A DNA stretch of 64,000 nt, taken from the IMG/VR virus record IMGVR_UViG_2851938318_000001; one strand, written 5' to 3'. This DNA is from a virus. Taxonomy: Duplodnaviria; Heunggongvirae; Uroviricota; Caudoviricetes. The notes under the pieces were generated by a model. That model saw nothing but the letters and a program-made list of their open reading frames with translations. It was not told the DNA's origin and did no database searches. The position numbers and the translations under genes were made by a program. This document shows, piece after piece, positions 8,931 to 19,122 of the stretch; the stretch's first letter is position 1, and every line of letters begins with the position of its first letter.

Positions 8931-11900
8931 ACTGATGGTTCGAACTGACTTCTCACTTGGGGAGTCGGCTCTAAAAGCAGAAAACGCGGTGAAGATTGCC
9001 AGAGAAGCTGGCTACACCGCTGTAATTTCAGCAGATAGCATGAATATTGCGAGCGTTATTCCACTACAACGTGCCGCTGGTGACGACATGGCGGTTATTT
9101 GTGGTGTGAAACTAAACATTGTTGATGATCCCACATACGAGCACCGGGCTAAACTTGCTAAAGAATCTATGAGATGTATGGAATCATTAGAGCGGGGACG
9201 TAACTACTCGTTTACCGCTCTAATTAAAAATGAGCAAGGATATCGCGACATCTGCGAACTAATGACGGCGGCCAACACACGAGAACAGTTCTACTTTGTA
9301 CCGCGTCTCTCGCTCGAACAGTTGGTTTCTACATATGCCAAAGGCAACATCATCCTGCTTACTTCCGACATCGGTAGCGTGTTCCAACGCAACGATTTTG
9401 CAAAAATCATAAGCACACTGATTACAGCGGGTGGAAAAGACAACTTCTATAGTGTGGTTTATCCGCACCCTACCCCATTCTACGACCAGATTAACGTCCG
9501 GGCGATGAAAGTCGCCAGCGCATTGAAAATAGAGCCAGTGGCGTTCTATCCCGCTTATTACGAATCGATCGACGATGCAGACATTAAAGACATTGCGCAC
9601 ATGGTTACGAACAACATCAAAATCGACCAGCCGCATCGTCTGCGTATCCCCCACCAGCGAGATAACGCCGTCAATGGTCGCCGCCATCTCCTTGAGGCGC
9701 TTAAAGCCTTCTCCGTTCGCATGGATGTGCCGGTAACAGCTGCAATGGCCTCAACAACGCAGGATACCATTATCGATGCCTGCACATGGCGCTGGCATGA
9801 ATTGCCGCCAGCACTGCCAAAGATGGCAGACGACGAGCCTGCAACGCTTATGAAACTGGCTGTTGCAGGGCTGCGTAAACGTCTTACCACAAAAGAGTTT
9901 GGCTACACACCACCTGCTTCTGAGAACAGGGTTTATGTTGAGCGGCTAAAGTACGAAATGGACACGCTGACTCGCCTGGGATTTTGTGGTTACTTCCTGA
10001 TGGTACGCGATCTGATGAATCATAGTCGTGAAACTGGCATTCCCGTTGGGCCTGGTCGTGGTTCCTCTGCCGGTTCTCTGGTGGCGTGGTGCATAGGCAT
10101 AACCAACGTCGACCCAATCCGTCACGGTCTTCTGTTTGAGCGTTTCATCAACCCTGAGCGTCTCGACTTGCCGGATGCGGACTTGGACTTCAGCCAGGCA
10201 CGTCGCCATGAGGTGATCGAGTATCTGAATGAACGCTACGGCGAAGATTACGTTGCGGGTATTCCGAACTTCACCTACCTGGGCGCAGCCTCTGCACTAC
10301 GTGATACCGCTCGTATTTATGGTGTGGAGTCCGCAGATATGGCGGTATCAAAAGAACTGAAGAACGTCGAGGATGATAGCCTTCCATTGGAAGAGCTGCG
10401 CGAACAACTGGCAAGTCTCGACAAATACGCAACAAAATATCCTGATGCATTCAATGCAGCCTGCAAGTTACAAAGCCTTATGCGTGGCTTTGGTAGACAT
10501 GCGGCAGGGATGATCGTAGCAGGTGTTCCTCTGACAGAACGTACACCGGTTGAGCGCCGTGGTGACGCGCGTTGTATCGCATTTGACAAGCGTTACTGCG
10601 AGGCTATGGGCCTAATTAAGCTGGACGTGCTTGGCCTGGCAACTCTCGATTTGCTCGATAGTGCAAAACGCTACATAAAAGAGAACACAGGTGAAGATAT
10701 CAATCTTGATGCCATTTCTCTTGAAGATCGCAAGGTGCTGGATGGTTTTGCTGCTGGGTACACTCAAGGTGTTTTCCAGCTTGAATCAGGCCCAATGCGC
10801 AAGCTGCTTAAAGATTTAGGTGGTGGAATTGAGCCAATGAGCTTTAAAACGGTCGTCGCTACAACTGCGCTCTTCCGGCCGGGGCCAATTCAATCAGGCA
10901 TGTTGGATGACTATGTTTCTGTCGCCAAAGGCTTTATGACGCCGGAATCATTACACCCCGTTCTTGATGAACTTACCGCGGAAACAAATGGCGTGATTCT
11001 CTATCAGGAACAGACGATGAACGCGACTCGATTGCTTGCCGGCTTCACAATGGCTGAAGCTGACGCTGTGCGTTCCGCAATCGGTAAGAAGAACATGGAA
11101 AAAATGAAGAGCATGGGCGAGAAGTTTATCGTTCAGGCTCAAGCTGGCTGGATAGACGTTGAGCTGGAAGATGGCACTACACAGCGCATTCACCGTGCGG
11201 AACATTTTAAATGCGAAGACGGAACTCTGAAAACTGTCGAAGAGGCACTTGAGCACGGCGCAAAACTACCTATAAACGCAGTACGCGTTACAGCGTCACA
11301 TCCAGGGCTATCAGAGATGAAAGCGAAGGAGATCTGGACCGCATTTGAGAAAAACGGAGCCTATCAGTTCAATAAATCACACTCCGTTGCTTATTCTTTA
11401 ATCAGTTATCAGTCTATGTGGCTAAAGACGCACTACCCTGCTGAGTTCTTCGCAGCTGCGCTCACCATTCTGGGCGAGGATAAGCATCAGGGGCTGGTGA
11501 AGGATGCGCTGACCTATGGCATTCGCGTATTGCCACCAGACGTTAATGTGTCATCTAACCGAATTGAGATCCGCACACTCGAAGACGGCAGTCAGGCACT
11601 GTATGCGCCATTCTCTGCTGTGAAAGGCTGTTCTGAAAATGGTTGTCAGGCAATTATGCGTGCGCGTGAGAAAGTTGGTGGCAAATTCGAGTCAGTGGCA
11701 CAATTCGATGAAGCGGTCGAGAAGCGTGCATGTAACAGTCGTGTACGCGAGTCGCTTCATAAAGTAGGGGCTTTTGCGTCAATTGAGCCAGGCAGTCTGC
11801 CAGCAACTGATCCTGAACGACTGCGCGACCAGGCTGAGCTGATGGGCAATCTCATCATTGACGCTGTTAAAGCATCACGTCCGTTCGAAATGAATCCTAA

Positions 11901-12441
11901 GCGTTCTGCCGAAATCAACGTACTCATGACACGTATGGCGGCTGAAATGGGCTTGGGTGAGGAGTTGATACGCCCGACTATTGGTATTAAACCCAAAATC
12001 ATGATCATTCTGGACAATGCGAACGGCAATGACGCTCGTACCGGCTACTTCATGGAGAACGGATACGACGACTTTAAGGCAAAACTACTGACAGTTGGAG
12101 ATCTGCGCATGGGCGATCTTTATGTCACGGGTGTTTGTAAGAAGGTTAAGGACAAAGAGAAAGACTATACCAAAGACGAGATAGGCCAGTTCACAGACTT
12201 TATGCGGGAAGAAATTAATCTTGTACGACCAACCTACATTTTGACGTGTGGTAGTCGTTCAACCGCACTATTTAACAATAAGAGTAAACCATCAGATCTG
12301 ATTGGTCGTAAGGAGTACTTCCCAGAGCTTGATGCAACCGTCTTCTACGGATTTAACCCGAATATCCTGTACTTCCGACCGGAAGAAGGAGAGCGACTGG
12401 AGGCCATTCTGGCTGATATCGCGGAGACAATAAATAAGTAA
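8931..12441 (+). CDS. dnaE: DNA polymerase III alpha subunit (DnaE-like), separated from its native start codon by IS629
   Basis: PHP-like N-terminus and Pol III alpha signature GPGRGSSAGSLVAWCIGITNVDPIRHGLLFERFINPERLDLPDADLDF; ORF-track start at 8854 is IS-derived, first in-frame ATG after the IS at 8935. Confidence 0.8.
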
Positions 12442-12446
12442 TAAAG

Positions 12447-12470
12447 AAAACCCGCCTGTTGGCGGGTTTA
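12447..12470. terminator. Bidirectional rho-independent terminator
   Basis: cccgcc-tgtt-ggcggg stem with A-run before and T-run after. Confidence 0.5.
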
Positions 12471-12744
12471 TAAAGAATTATGGCGCTTGTTGAGGAAGTC
12501 ACTCCTCTTACGCACTTTGTTTTGCCATGCCGGCAGTTAGCTTCTGCCTTTGACTATTCATGCGGCAACCCCGCATTTCGCCACAATGGGCAATTCACTT
12601 TTATGGAATAAACTGGCCGTTGTGTCGATTTAATTAGCATGGCCTTACCATGCTAATTTATTCAACTTGTACAATCCTACAAATCTATCCACTCAGGCTT
12701 ACACCGTCTTCGTTATTGTAGAAATGAGGATCATCAGCGTTGAA

Positions 12745-12960
12745 TCAGCTTAGAGCAACGACATTTGCTGCTGCTGGGCCTTTAGCCCCATTCTCGATAG
12801 AGAATTCGACCTGCTGGCCTTCTTCCAAAGTGCGGAAATTATTACTCTGAATTGCCGAAAAATGTACAAAAACATCTTTACTGCCATCAGCAGGAGAAAT
12901 AAAGCCAAAGCCTTTATCAGAGTTAAACCATTTTACTAAACCAGTCATTTTATTAGACAT
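12745..12960 (-). CDS. Cold-shock protein, CspA family
   Basis: [23 protein letters not shown]...VFVHFSAIQ matches the CSD RNP motifs; ORF-track ORF extends upstream, true start taken at MSNKMTG. Confidence 0.8.
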   Translation of the reverse strand: MSNKMTGLVKWFNSDKGFGFISPADGSKDVFVHFSAIQSNNFRTLEEGQQVEFSIENGAKGPAAANVVALS

Positions 12961-13289
12961 AGATATTACCTTCTTAATTTTGTGAGCCACATAGTGCGGC
13001 GAGAATTTGATCTGTATAGATTGGGACTTACTTAGGCACTTAAGGAGGAGACTCACGAAGAAGGGAAATCAGAAGATAACACTGAACTGAGACTGCTTTA
13101 CTAAAACTGCTTACATAAGGTCTGTCTTGCAAACCAACGATGCTATTAACGCATACCCCTTCTTTTCATGCAACCTTTATTTTTCAAAGATAACTAATTT
13201 TTGTCACCATTGGTTTAGTAAACGTTAACGAACCAGACGATGCCAGACACCTTTACAGAGAACAGATGCCCGCCAATTGGCGGGCATCA

Positions 13290-13853
13290 TTATGCACATT
13301 TCGCAATATCTTTGCGGCGTTTAATCAGTTTCTCCGCAATTTGCTCTATTTCGTTGAAATCTTTCGAGACGCTGTTTCGAAGCGCCAGATTCCATTTACT
13401 CAAAGTTCGGGCATTTTGGACAATTTGATCGCCCTCTTTAAGTCGTCCGTTATTCATGAGCCATTCAGCCACATCAGCCCAATCCCAGAGAGGAGACTGG
13501 CCTTTTATGCGTTGTACAGGGCAAGGGAAGTCGCCGCTTCCGCGCTTACCGTCTTTGAGCAACGCCACTGCCTGGCGAGACAGGTCTGTCAGTTCCGCGA
13601 TATCGCTTAAGCCCACAAGAGCCGAGTCGACGGATTCAACAATTGCACCGATACCGGCTGATTCAATATTGTCGACCGCAGATGCGATAGCTGCATCAAG
13701 TGATTGTGCTTCGCGGTCAAATTCTACATAGACGGAGTTTCCATATGCGCAAATTAGCGCATCGTCACAGCCGTTTTGGTACAGCGCGTCTTCCAGTCCT
13801 TCCGTCTCATACGATACGCCTGAGAGCGTCAGAGTGAAGTTATAAAGCGCCAT
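13290..13853 (-). CDS. Putative DNA-binding protein with C-terminal HTH (possible HicB-like antitoxin)
   Basis: HTH-like segment LSDIAELTDLSRQAVALLKDG; second gene of an operon behind a palindromic operator/promoter. Confidence 0.4.
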   Translation of the reverse strand: MALYNFTLTLSGVSYETEGLEDALYQNGCDDALICAYGNSVYVEFDREAQSLDAAIASAVDNIESAGIGAIVESVDSALVGLSDIAELTDLSRQAVALLKDGKRGSGDFPCPVQRIKGQSPLWDWADVAEWLMNNGRLKEGDQIVQNARTLSKWNLALRNSVSKDFNEIEQIAEKLIKRRKDIAKCA

Positions 13854-13913
13854 AGTTTTCCTTTGAAGATAGTTGGACAGTTTCTGCAAAAGGCGGCTAA
13901 TGCCGCCTTGAAA

Positions 13914-14138
13914 TCATTTACAACGATCAACCATTCGTTTGATCTGTTTGGCATGGTTTTCGGGATTACCCGGAGTCGACCATACGCTCATTTGGTGAGT
14001 TTTGTGTTCACCTTCTGGATTACCGCATCGCAGTCTGCAAAAACAATGTGCAGCACCACCAGCTGCTACCCAGATCCAGCCTTTACTTAATGCATAGTCA
14101 ATGGCTGCTTGAATATGCTTATTCGGATGTTGCTTCAT
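13914..14138 (-). CDS. Small protein (74 aa), possible toxin partner
   Basis: First gene behind a sigma70-like promoter overlapped by a palindrome; GGAGG RBS; size and gene order fit HicA-first operons but sequence is not diagnostic. Confidence 0.35.
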   Translation of the reverse strand: MKQHPNKHIQAAIDYALSKGWIWVAAGGAAHCFCRLRCGNPEGEHKTHQMSVWSTPGNPENHAKQIKRMVDRCK

Positions 14139-14149
14139 TCGCCTCCGAT

Positions 14150-14190
14150 AATAGTATTCTATTCACAGTGTTGACATCTGTCAACGGCGA
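14150..14190 (-). promoter_or_regulatory. Sigma70-like promoter with overlapping palindromic operator
   Basis: Minus-strand TTGACA (14179-14184), 17-bp spacer, TAGAAT (14156-14161); palindrome gttgaca-tc-tgtcaac at 14170-14185. Confidence 0.45.
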
Positions 14191-14350
14191 CTGAATTTCA
14201 TCCGTTCATGCCACACCCCCATCCATCTCATGTATGTGACCTAAAGATGGTCAGCACAGCTTACCAAAATAAGACAACTAATTATCTTCGGTGATCTCAA
14301 TATTTTCCCCTGAACAAAGTTGACATGACGCCATAAACCCGTTCTCTGTT

Positions 14351-14359
14351 TGATATAAT
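14351..14359 (+). promoter_or_regulatory. Extended -10 promoter element (TGaTATAAT) upstream of the UvsY-like gene
   Basis: tgatataat about 34 bp upstream of the GTG start at 14393; no good -35. Confidence 0.3.
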
Positions 14360-14392
14360 TGATACAGATTTTATAAGTAGGAACCTATTAGA

Positions 14393-14824
14393 GTGAACAC
14401 TGATATTTTTTCTAAAATCATGGCCGATCTGGAGTTCGACCGCGACAACCTTGAGGAAGTATGGCGTAAACAGCCACGGCTTTTAATGGAGTATGGGTCA
14501 AAACTAGCGCAGGCAGATCGAGATGTCGCAGAGGCAAAACTTAACCTTGAAGCTGTTGAAGCAAAGCTATACGACACAGAGCGTAAGAACTTGAGTATGA
14601 ACGGCATTAAGTTCAACGAGTCTGTACTGGACGCTAAGGTTAAAACAAACCCACAGTATCTGTCTAAACGGCAGAAGTTGGATGAAGCACGGCACATCGC
14701 AGACATATACAAACATGCTGTCGCCGCCTTTTCGCATCGCCGAGACATGATCGTTCAGGCGTCAAAGATGGCCATCGTTGAATTAGAGCGATTAGGCTCT
14801 GAACGCTTTATTACTCCCCGTTGA
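14393..14824 (+). CDS. Putative recombination mediator (UvsY-like), hypothetical
   Basis: 143-aa helical protein starting at GTG; sits directly upstream of the gp32-like SSB and RecA-like genes as in T4-type recombination modules; weak similarity only. Confidence 0.4.
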   Translation: MNTDIFSKIMADLEFDRDNLEEVWRKQPRLLMEYGSKLAQADRDVAEAKLNLEAVEAKLYDTERKNLSMNGIKFNESVLDAKVKTNPQYLSKRQKLDEARHIADIYKHAVAAFSHRRDMIVQASKMAIVELERLGSERFITPR

Positions 14825-14941
14825 TTTTTGATAGATAATAAGTAAGTACTGATCTATCATTTAACAGCTCGAAAGAGCCACGAATGAACGAAAGCCCAAC
14901 GCGCATAGCGCCATCGGCCAAATCACAACAAGGAGAAACAC

Positions 14942-15982
14942 ATGTCTAAGACATTACTTGATTTGCTTAACAAAACTCGTGAAGACATTGCCGCCAAACG
15001 TGGCAACAACGTTGATCTGACTCGCTTAAAAGACGGCGTCAACTATATCCGCATCTTCCCGAATAAAGACGACCCAAACGGTAAGTTCTTCCAGACTTTC
15101 GGTATGCACTACGTTAAGTATCAGAACGAGGAAGGTAAAGAAGCAACCAACGCTTATATTTGTGAGCAACATACTCACGGTCGCGCTTGTCAGCTATGCG
15201 AAATGGTTATGGAAGGTCGCGCTCGTCACAAGGGTAACAAAGCAATGGAAGAACGCATCGGTCAAATGCGTGCCACTCCTCGCTACCTGGTCAACGGCAT
15301 TCTTTCTGCTCGTGAGGATTTCGCAGATGCTGAGAAATGCCAGTTAATCGAGCTGCCGTCTACTGTATTCGATGATATCTGCAAAGCAATCACCGAAGAC
15401 ATCGCTGATGATATCGGCAATCCACTGAGCAAAGAGGAAGGCTACGCATTCCTGATTAAACGTACTGGCTCTGGTCGCGATACCAAATATGACGTCTCGC
15501 CTAAGCGTAAAGTCTACAAAGGCGATATCGAAGATAAATTCTGGAACACCCAGCATGATCTGATCGCATACGCAAATCAGGCTGATGAAACTCGTCTTCT
15601 GTCGACAGTTCGCACTATGGGTCGTCTGATTGGCATCGCTGCACCAACTGCCGCAGCATCTGCACCAGCATCTGCACCAGCAATTTCCTCAACCGCGAAA
15701 ACATCGGCTGCGGCACTACCTGGATTTGGCTCTGTCACTGGTCATACAGAAGGAGCGACGGCTGTAGCAACCGCGCACACACCGGCTTCTGAACCAACCA
15801 GTCTGGTTGATGAAGAAATCCTCCGTGCCGTTGAAACTGAATTTAAACCAGAAGCAAGTTCCGCTGCCGTTGCCGTATCAGTCAAAGAGTCTGAAGCAGT
15901 CGCAGCGACATCTGTAGCAGCCGCATCTGCGACGGAAGATGAAGGTCTGGATGACCTACTGAGAGAGCTGGACTCTCTGTAA
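14942..15982 (+). CDS. Single-stranded DNA-binding protein, T4 gp32-like
   Basis: IRIFPNKDDPNGKFFQTFGMHY core, Cys/His cluster C-x3-H-x-H...C-x2-C, acidic C-terminal tail DEGLDDLLRELDSL; AAGGAG RBS. Confidence 0.6.
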   Translation: MSKTLLDLLNKTREDIAAKRGNNVDLTRLKDGVNYIRIFPNKDDPNGKFFQTFGMHYVKYQNEEGKEATNAYICEQHTHGRACQLCEMVMEGRARHKGNKAMEERIGQMRATPRYLVNGILSAREDFADAEKCQLIELPSTVFDDICKAITEDIADDIGNPLSKEEGYAFLIKRTGSGRDTKYDVSPKRKVYKGDIEDKFWNTQHDLIAYANQADETRLLSTVRTMGRLIGIAAPTAAASAPASAPAISSTAKTSAAALPGFGSVTGHTEGATAVATAHTPASEPTSLVDEEILRAVETEFKPEASSAAVAVSVKESEAVAATSVAAASATEDEGLDDLLRELDSL

Positions 15983-15998
15983 TCCCATTACGTGACCA

Positions 15999-16027
15999 GT
16001 AAGGCGTCTACGGACGCCTTACTTTTT
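15999..16027 (+). terminator. Rho-independent terminator after the SSB gene
   Basis: taaggcgtc-tacg-gacgcctta stem followed by cttttt. Confidence 0.6.
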
Positions 16028-16042
16028 GGAAGGAATGTACCG

Positions 16043-16987
16043 GTGAATTATCTCTTCGTAGATGGCAATAGCCTGGGTTATTACCACCAACAATCTGACA
16101 AATTGCACAACGGCGAAATGGAAGTACAGGCTGCTTTCGGCTTTGTTAAGAACGTCCGTCGTTATGCCTCCATCCTCCATGCCCGACCTATGATTCTTTG
16201 GGATGGATTTAGTGACAAGCGTCGCGACTTTTACCCGGACTACAAAGCAAATCGCGACGACGATCCTGATATGAAAAAGATGAAGGAAGGCTTTGCTATC
16301 CAGAAGCCATACATCCTCAAAATGATGACCGCGCTTGGAGTTACCCAACTCATTGCAAAAGATGCAGAAGCGGATGATCTGGCCGGGCTGCTGGTATCCC
16401 GCATGGCACCGCAGCCAACCGTTGAACACATCTATCTGTTAACAGGCGATAGCGACTGGCTTCAGTTAGTTCGTGAAAACGTAAGCTGGGTAAGCCTGCG
16501 TGAAGACGCCAAAAACAAGCAGGTTAATTTTGAGCAATTTGCGGAGCTGACAGGATTCGCCACGCCTCGCGCATTTTTGGAAGCAAAAGCATTACAAGGC
16601 GATAACTCGGACAACATTAGCGGTGTTGGTGGCATTGGTGCTGGCGGTGCGAAAGAGCTGCTGCATGAATGGGGAAGTGTCGCAACGATGGTACGCGGCA
16701 TCAACGACGGCTCAATCGTGGTTAATAAAGGGCGTCATAAGACCGCCTTCAACAAACTAGCGAAGAATGCCTTCAACGAGAAAACAGGCTGTCGAATGCT
16801 CGAAGCGTTCAAGAGAAACATCACGCTAATGAACCTGATTGAGACGAAGTTTCCGCCTACCGAAATCGAAACAATCAAAGGCAATCGTGACGTGAAAGCA
16901 TTCGAGCAACTGTGCTACGAGCTGAATTTCCGTTCGTTCCTTGAAGACCTTGAAGTGTTTGTTCTTCCATTCGAAAGGTATTGCTAA
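16043..16987 (+). CDS. 5'-3' exonuclease / flap endonuclease (PIN/FEN family)
   Basis: LFVDGNSLGYYH, GDSDWLQLV and GDNSDNISGVGGIG motifs; start placed at GTG 16043 after the terminator, with GGAAGG RBS. Confidence 0.7.
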   Translation: MNYLFVDGNSLGYYHQQSDKLHNGEMEVQAAFGFVKNVRRYASILHARPMILWDGFSDKRRDFYPDYKANRDDDPDMKKMKEGFAIQKPYILKMMTALGVTQLIAKDAEADDLAGLLVSRMAPQPTVEHIYLLTGDSDWLQLVRENVSWVSLREDAKNKQVNFEQFAELTGFATPRAFLEAKALQGDNSDNISGVGGIGAGGAKELLHEWGSVATMVRGINDGSIVVNKGRHKTAFNKLAKNAFNEKTGCRMLEAFKRNITLMNLIETKFPPTEIETIKGNRDVKAFEQLCYELNFRSFLEDLEVFVLPFERYC

Positions 16988-17253
16988 TGCTTAAATCGAT
17001 TATCAATGGCGCTACAACCACCCCTGCCCAACTGGCAAAAGAGATTGTCTTTTATCACGGTGAGTACGCTGTCATCGCACTGCCGTCAATTCTAGGCGCT
17101 GCCGGAATGAAAGCGACAGATCGCGAGTTTGGATTAGTCAGCGAGCAGGTCGTAAAAATCCTCGCTCGTGTATCCAGACTCCTTAACCACGATGCGATTG
17201 TATTCGATGAATCCGCCGCTTTAAAACGAATCAACGAAACAAAAGGAGCCTGA
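16981..17253 (+). CDS. Hypothetical protein (90 aa)
   Basis: ORF between exonuclease and recA-like fragment; no recognisable domain. Confidence 0.35.
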   Translation: MLMLKSIINGATTTPAQLAKEIVFYHGEYAVIALPSILGAAGMKATDREFGLVSEQVVKILARVSRLLNHDAIVFDESAALKRINETKGA

Positions 17254-17255
17254 TC

Positions 17256-17622
17256 ATGGCAAAAGGAAAATCCGCACTGGCACTTGCTCTGAAAAAGAAA
17301 ATCGGTAGCAACGACGAAATTCAGAAAGTAACTCATTGGATTGATACAGGCTTTCCACCGTTAAACAAAGCTATTTCTGGTCGTTACGATGGCGGCTTCC
17401 CATGTGGTCGTATCGTCGAAGTATTCGGTCCTCCAAGTGCAGGGAAAACGTTCCTTGCAACAGCAGCGATGATCTCCGCTCAAAAACAAGATGGTCTGGC
17501 GGTATTCCTCGATCATGAAAACAGTTTTGACGTTGGCCTGGCTGTCGCCAATGGCCTGAACGCAGATGAGGATGACGGTCAGTGGGTATACAAGCAGCCA
17601 GATACCTTCGAAGACTCTGTAG
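17256..17622 (+). pseudogene. RecA-like recombinase, N-terminal fragment (interrupted by IS629 copy 4)
   Basis: MAKGKS...GRIVEVFGPPSAGKT (Walker A)...QPDTFEDSV, ending at the IS boundary; joins in frame with 6910-7620. Confidence 0.75.
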
Positions 17623-17664
17623 TGAACCGCCCCGGGTTTCCTGGAGAGTGTTTTATCTGTGAAC

Positions 17665-18555
17665 TCAGGCTGCCAGATCATCGTTTCCGATGGAAGCATA
17701 ATAAGCTTTTTCTGCTTCTGCCGGAGGAGTATGGCCCAGCCTTCCCAGCAATCGTCGATTGTTATACCAGTCCACCCACGTTAGTGTGGCCAGTTCCACT
17801 TCTGCACGGTTTTTCCAGCTCTTACGGTGTATTACCTCCGCTTTGTAAAGACCATTGATGCTCTCAGCCATCGCGTTGTCATACGAGTCGCCTGTACTCC
17901 CTGTTGATGCCAGTAATCCGGCTTCTTTTAGTCGCTCCGTATAGGCCAGTGACACATACTGAGAGCCTTTATCGCTGTGATGGATGGTGCCAGACGGACG
18001 ACGGGCCCACAACGCCTGCTCCAGCGCATCCAGCACGAATGTCGTTTCCATAGACGATGAGACCCGCCACCCCACGATGTATCCGGCAAACACATCAATG
18101 ATAAACGCCACATAGACGAAGCCCTGCCATGTGCTGACGTAAGTAAAATCAGCCACCCACAGCTGGTCAGGTCGTTCTGCCACGAACTGACGGTTTACGC
18201 GGTCGCCTGCGGCAACGGCTTTCCGGCTGATGGTCGTACGGACCTTTTTACCCCGGAGAACACCGGCAAGTCCCATAACCGCCATGAGACGTGCCACTGT
18301 ACATCTGGCCACCCTGATTCCTTCCCGTAACAACTGACGCCAGACTTTACGCACACCGTACACCTGATGATTTTCATCGTATACGCGCTGTATCTCTCTC
18401 TTCAGCCAGTCGTCGTGCTGCGCACGGGCACTGCGTTTATCCGGATGATGTCGCTGTTGCTGACAATGGTAATACGTTGACGGGGCAATATGCAGTTCGC
18501 TGCATACCGGTCCGACCCCGTACTGCTCACGCAGCTTATCCAGCAGTGGCATCAT
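17665..18555 (-). CDS. IS629 transposase OrfB
   Basis: Identical 296-aa translation. Confidence 0.85.
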   Translation of the reverse strand: MMPLLDKLREQYGVGPVCSELHIAPSTYYHCQQQRHHPDKRSARAQHDDWLKREIQRVYDENHQVYGVRKVWRQLLREGIRVARCTVARLMAVMGLAGVLRGKKVRTTISRKAVAAGDRVNRQFVAERPDQLWVADFTYVSTWQGFVYVAFIIDVFAGYIVGWRVSSSMETTFVLDALEQALWARRPSGTIHHSDKGSQYVSLAYTERLKEAGLLASTGSTGDSYDNAMAESINGLYKAEVIHRKSWKNRAEVELATLTWVDWYNNRRLLGRLGHTPPAEAEKAYYASIGNDDLAA

Positions 18556-18878
18556 TTTTTCCAGAGGCGGTCGAACTCCGCCTTCGCAAAATAAGCGGAA
18601 GCCTGGCGAAGGATATCGTTACTGCGGCGCAGTTCACGATTTTCACGTTCCAGCTCTTTCAGACGCTGACGTTCAGCGCTGGTGAGCCCACCATCACCGC
18701 CCCCGGTATCCCGCTCATGCTGGCGAACCCAGACACGCAGAGTCTCCGGCGTACAGCCAATCTTTGGGGCAATGGAACAAATTGCCGCCCACTGTGAGTC
18801 ATATTCATCCTGACTTTCCAGAACCATACGAATCGCCCGCTGACGGACTTCGGGGGAAAAACGAGTATTTTTAGTCAT
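18552..18878 (-). CDS. IS629 transposase OrfA
   Basis: Identical 108-aa translation. Confidence 0.85.
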   Translation of the reverse strand: MTKNTRFSPEVRQRAIRMVLESQDEYDSQWAAICSIAPKIGCTPETLRVWVRQHERDTGGGDGGLTSAERQRLKELERENRELRRSNDILRQASAYFAKAEFDRLWKK

Positions 18879-18932
18879 CCTGTTTACCTCTTTCTCAGGG
18901 AGTTTAGTCTCCAGGATTTCCGGGGCGGTTCA

Positions 18933-18943
18933 AGTGCCTTCAT
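18933..18943 (-). other. dnaE: Detached 5' end of dnaE (ATG AAG GCA CT) with its native RBS
   Basis: Minus-strand ccagaaaggtaaaaacac-ATGAAGGCACT abuts the IRL end of IS copy 4; continues as G ATG GTT CGA at 8931 after sharing the ACT duplication. Confidence 0.6.
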
Positions 18944-19122
18944 GTGTTTTTACCTTTCTGGTTTTTTGATTTTGTCATTGGGGAAGCCTACGAACTTCCC
19001 ATGCATCGAAATCGCAACTTCTTTTGCTGATTGGTGACAATCGGGCTTGTCTGGACACACCAGACAAGCCTTACCAGTTTCAGAAGCAGCGATAAGAGAG
19101 CCGAAACATCCTTTACGCACGA

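Larger units (their letters stand above)
17623..18932 (-). mobile_element. IS629/IS1203-like insertion sequence, copy 4 (inverted; recombinant flanks)
   Basis: Reverse-orientation IS; flank sequences pair with those of copy 3. Confidence 0.85.

Noticed and set aside
8854-8934. N-terminal extension of the DnaE ORF ([27 protein letters not shown])
   Set aside because: This part is read from the IS629 right inverted repeat; the same peptide appears at every IS right end, so it is not native dnaE sequence.
9259-12029. Antisense ORFs inside dnaE (9259-9687, 9558-9890, 9884-10209, 10317-10589, 10951-11256, 11757-12029)
   Set aside because: Embedded in a long, well-supported polymerase ORF on the opposite strand.
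14319-14324. TTGACA hexamer as the -35 of the UvsY-like gene promoter
   Set aside because: It is 29 bp from the -10, too far for a sigma70 promoter; only the extended -10 element is reported, at low confidence.
17361-17858. ORF 17361-17699 (minus) and the 3' extension of ORF 17256-17858
   Set aside because: Both run across the IS629 boundary at 17623; the genuine recA-like coding sequence stops at 17622.
18945-19122. 18-codon upstream ORF (MHGKFVGFPNDKIKKPER) and hairpin ggcttgtctgg...ccagacaagcc before the detached dnaE start
   Set aside because: The ORF is too short and overlaps the dnaE RBS; the hairpin lacks a U-tract so I did not call it a terminator, though it may be regulatory.
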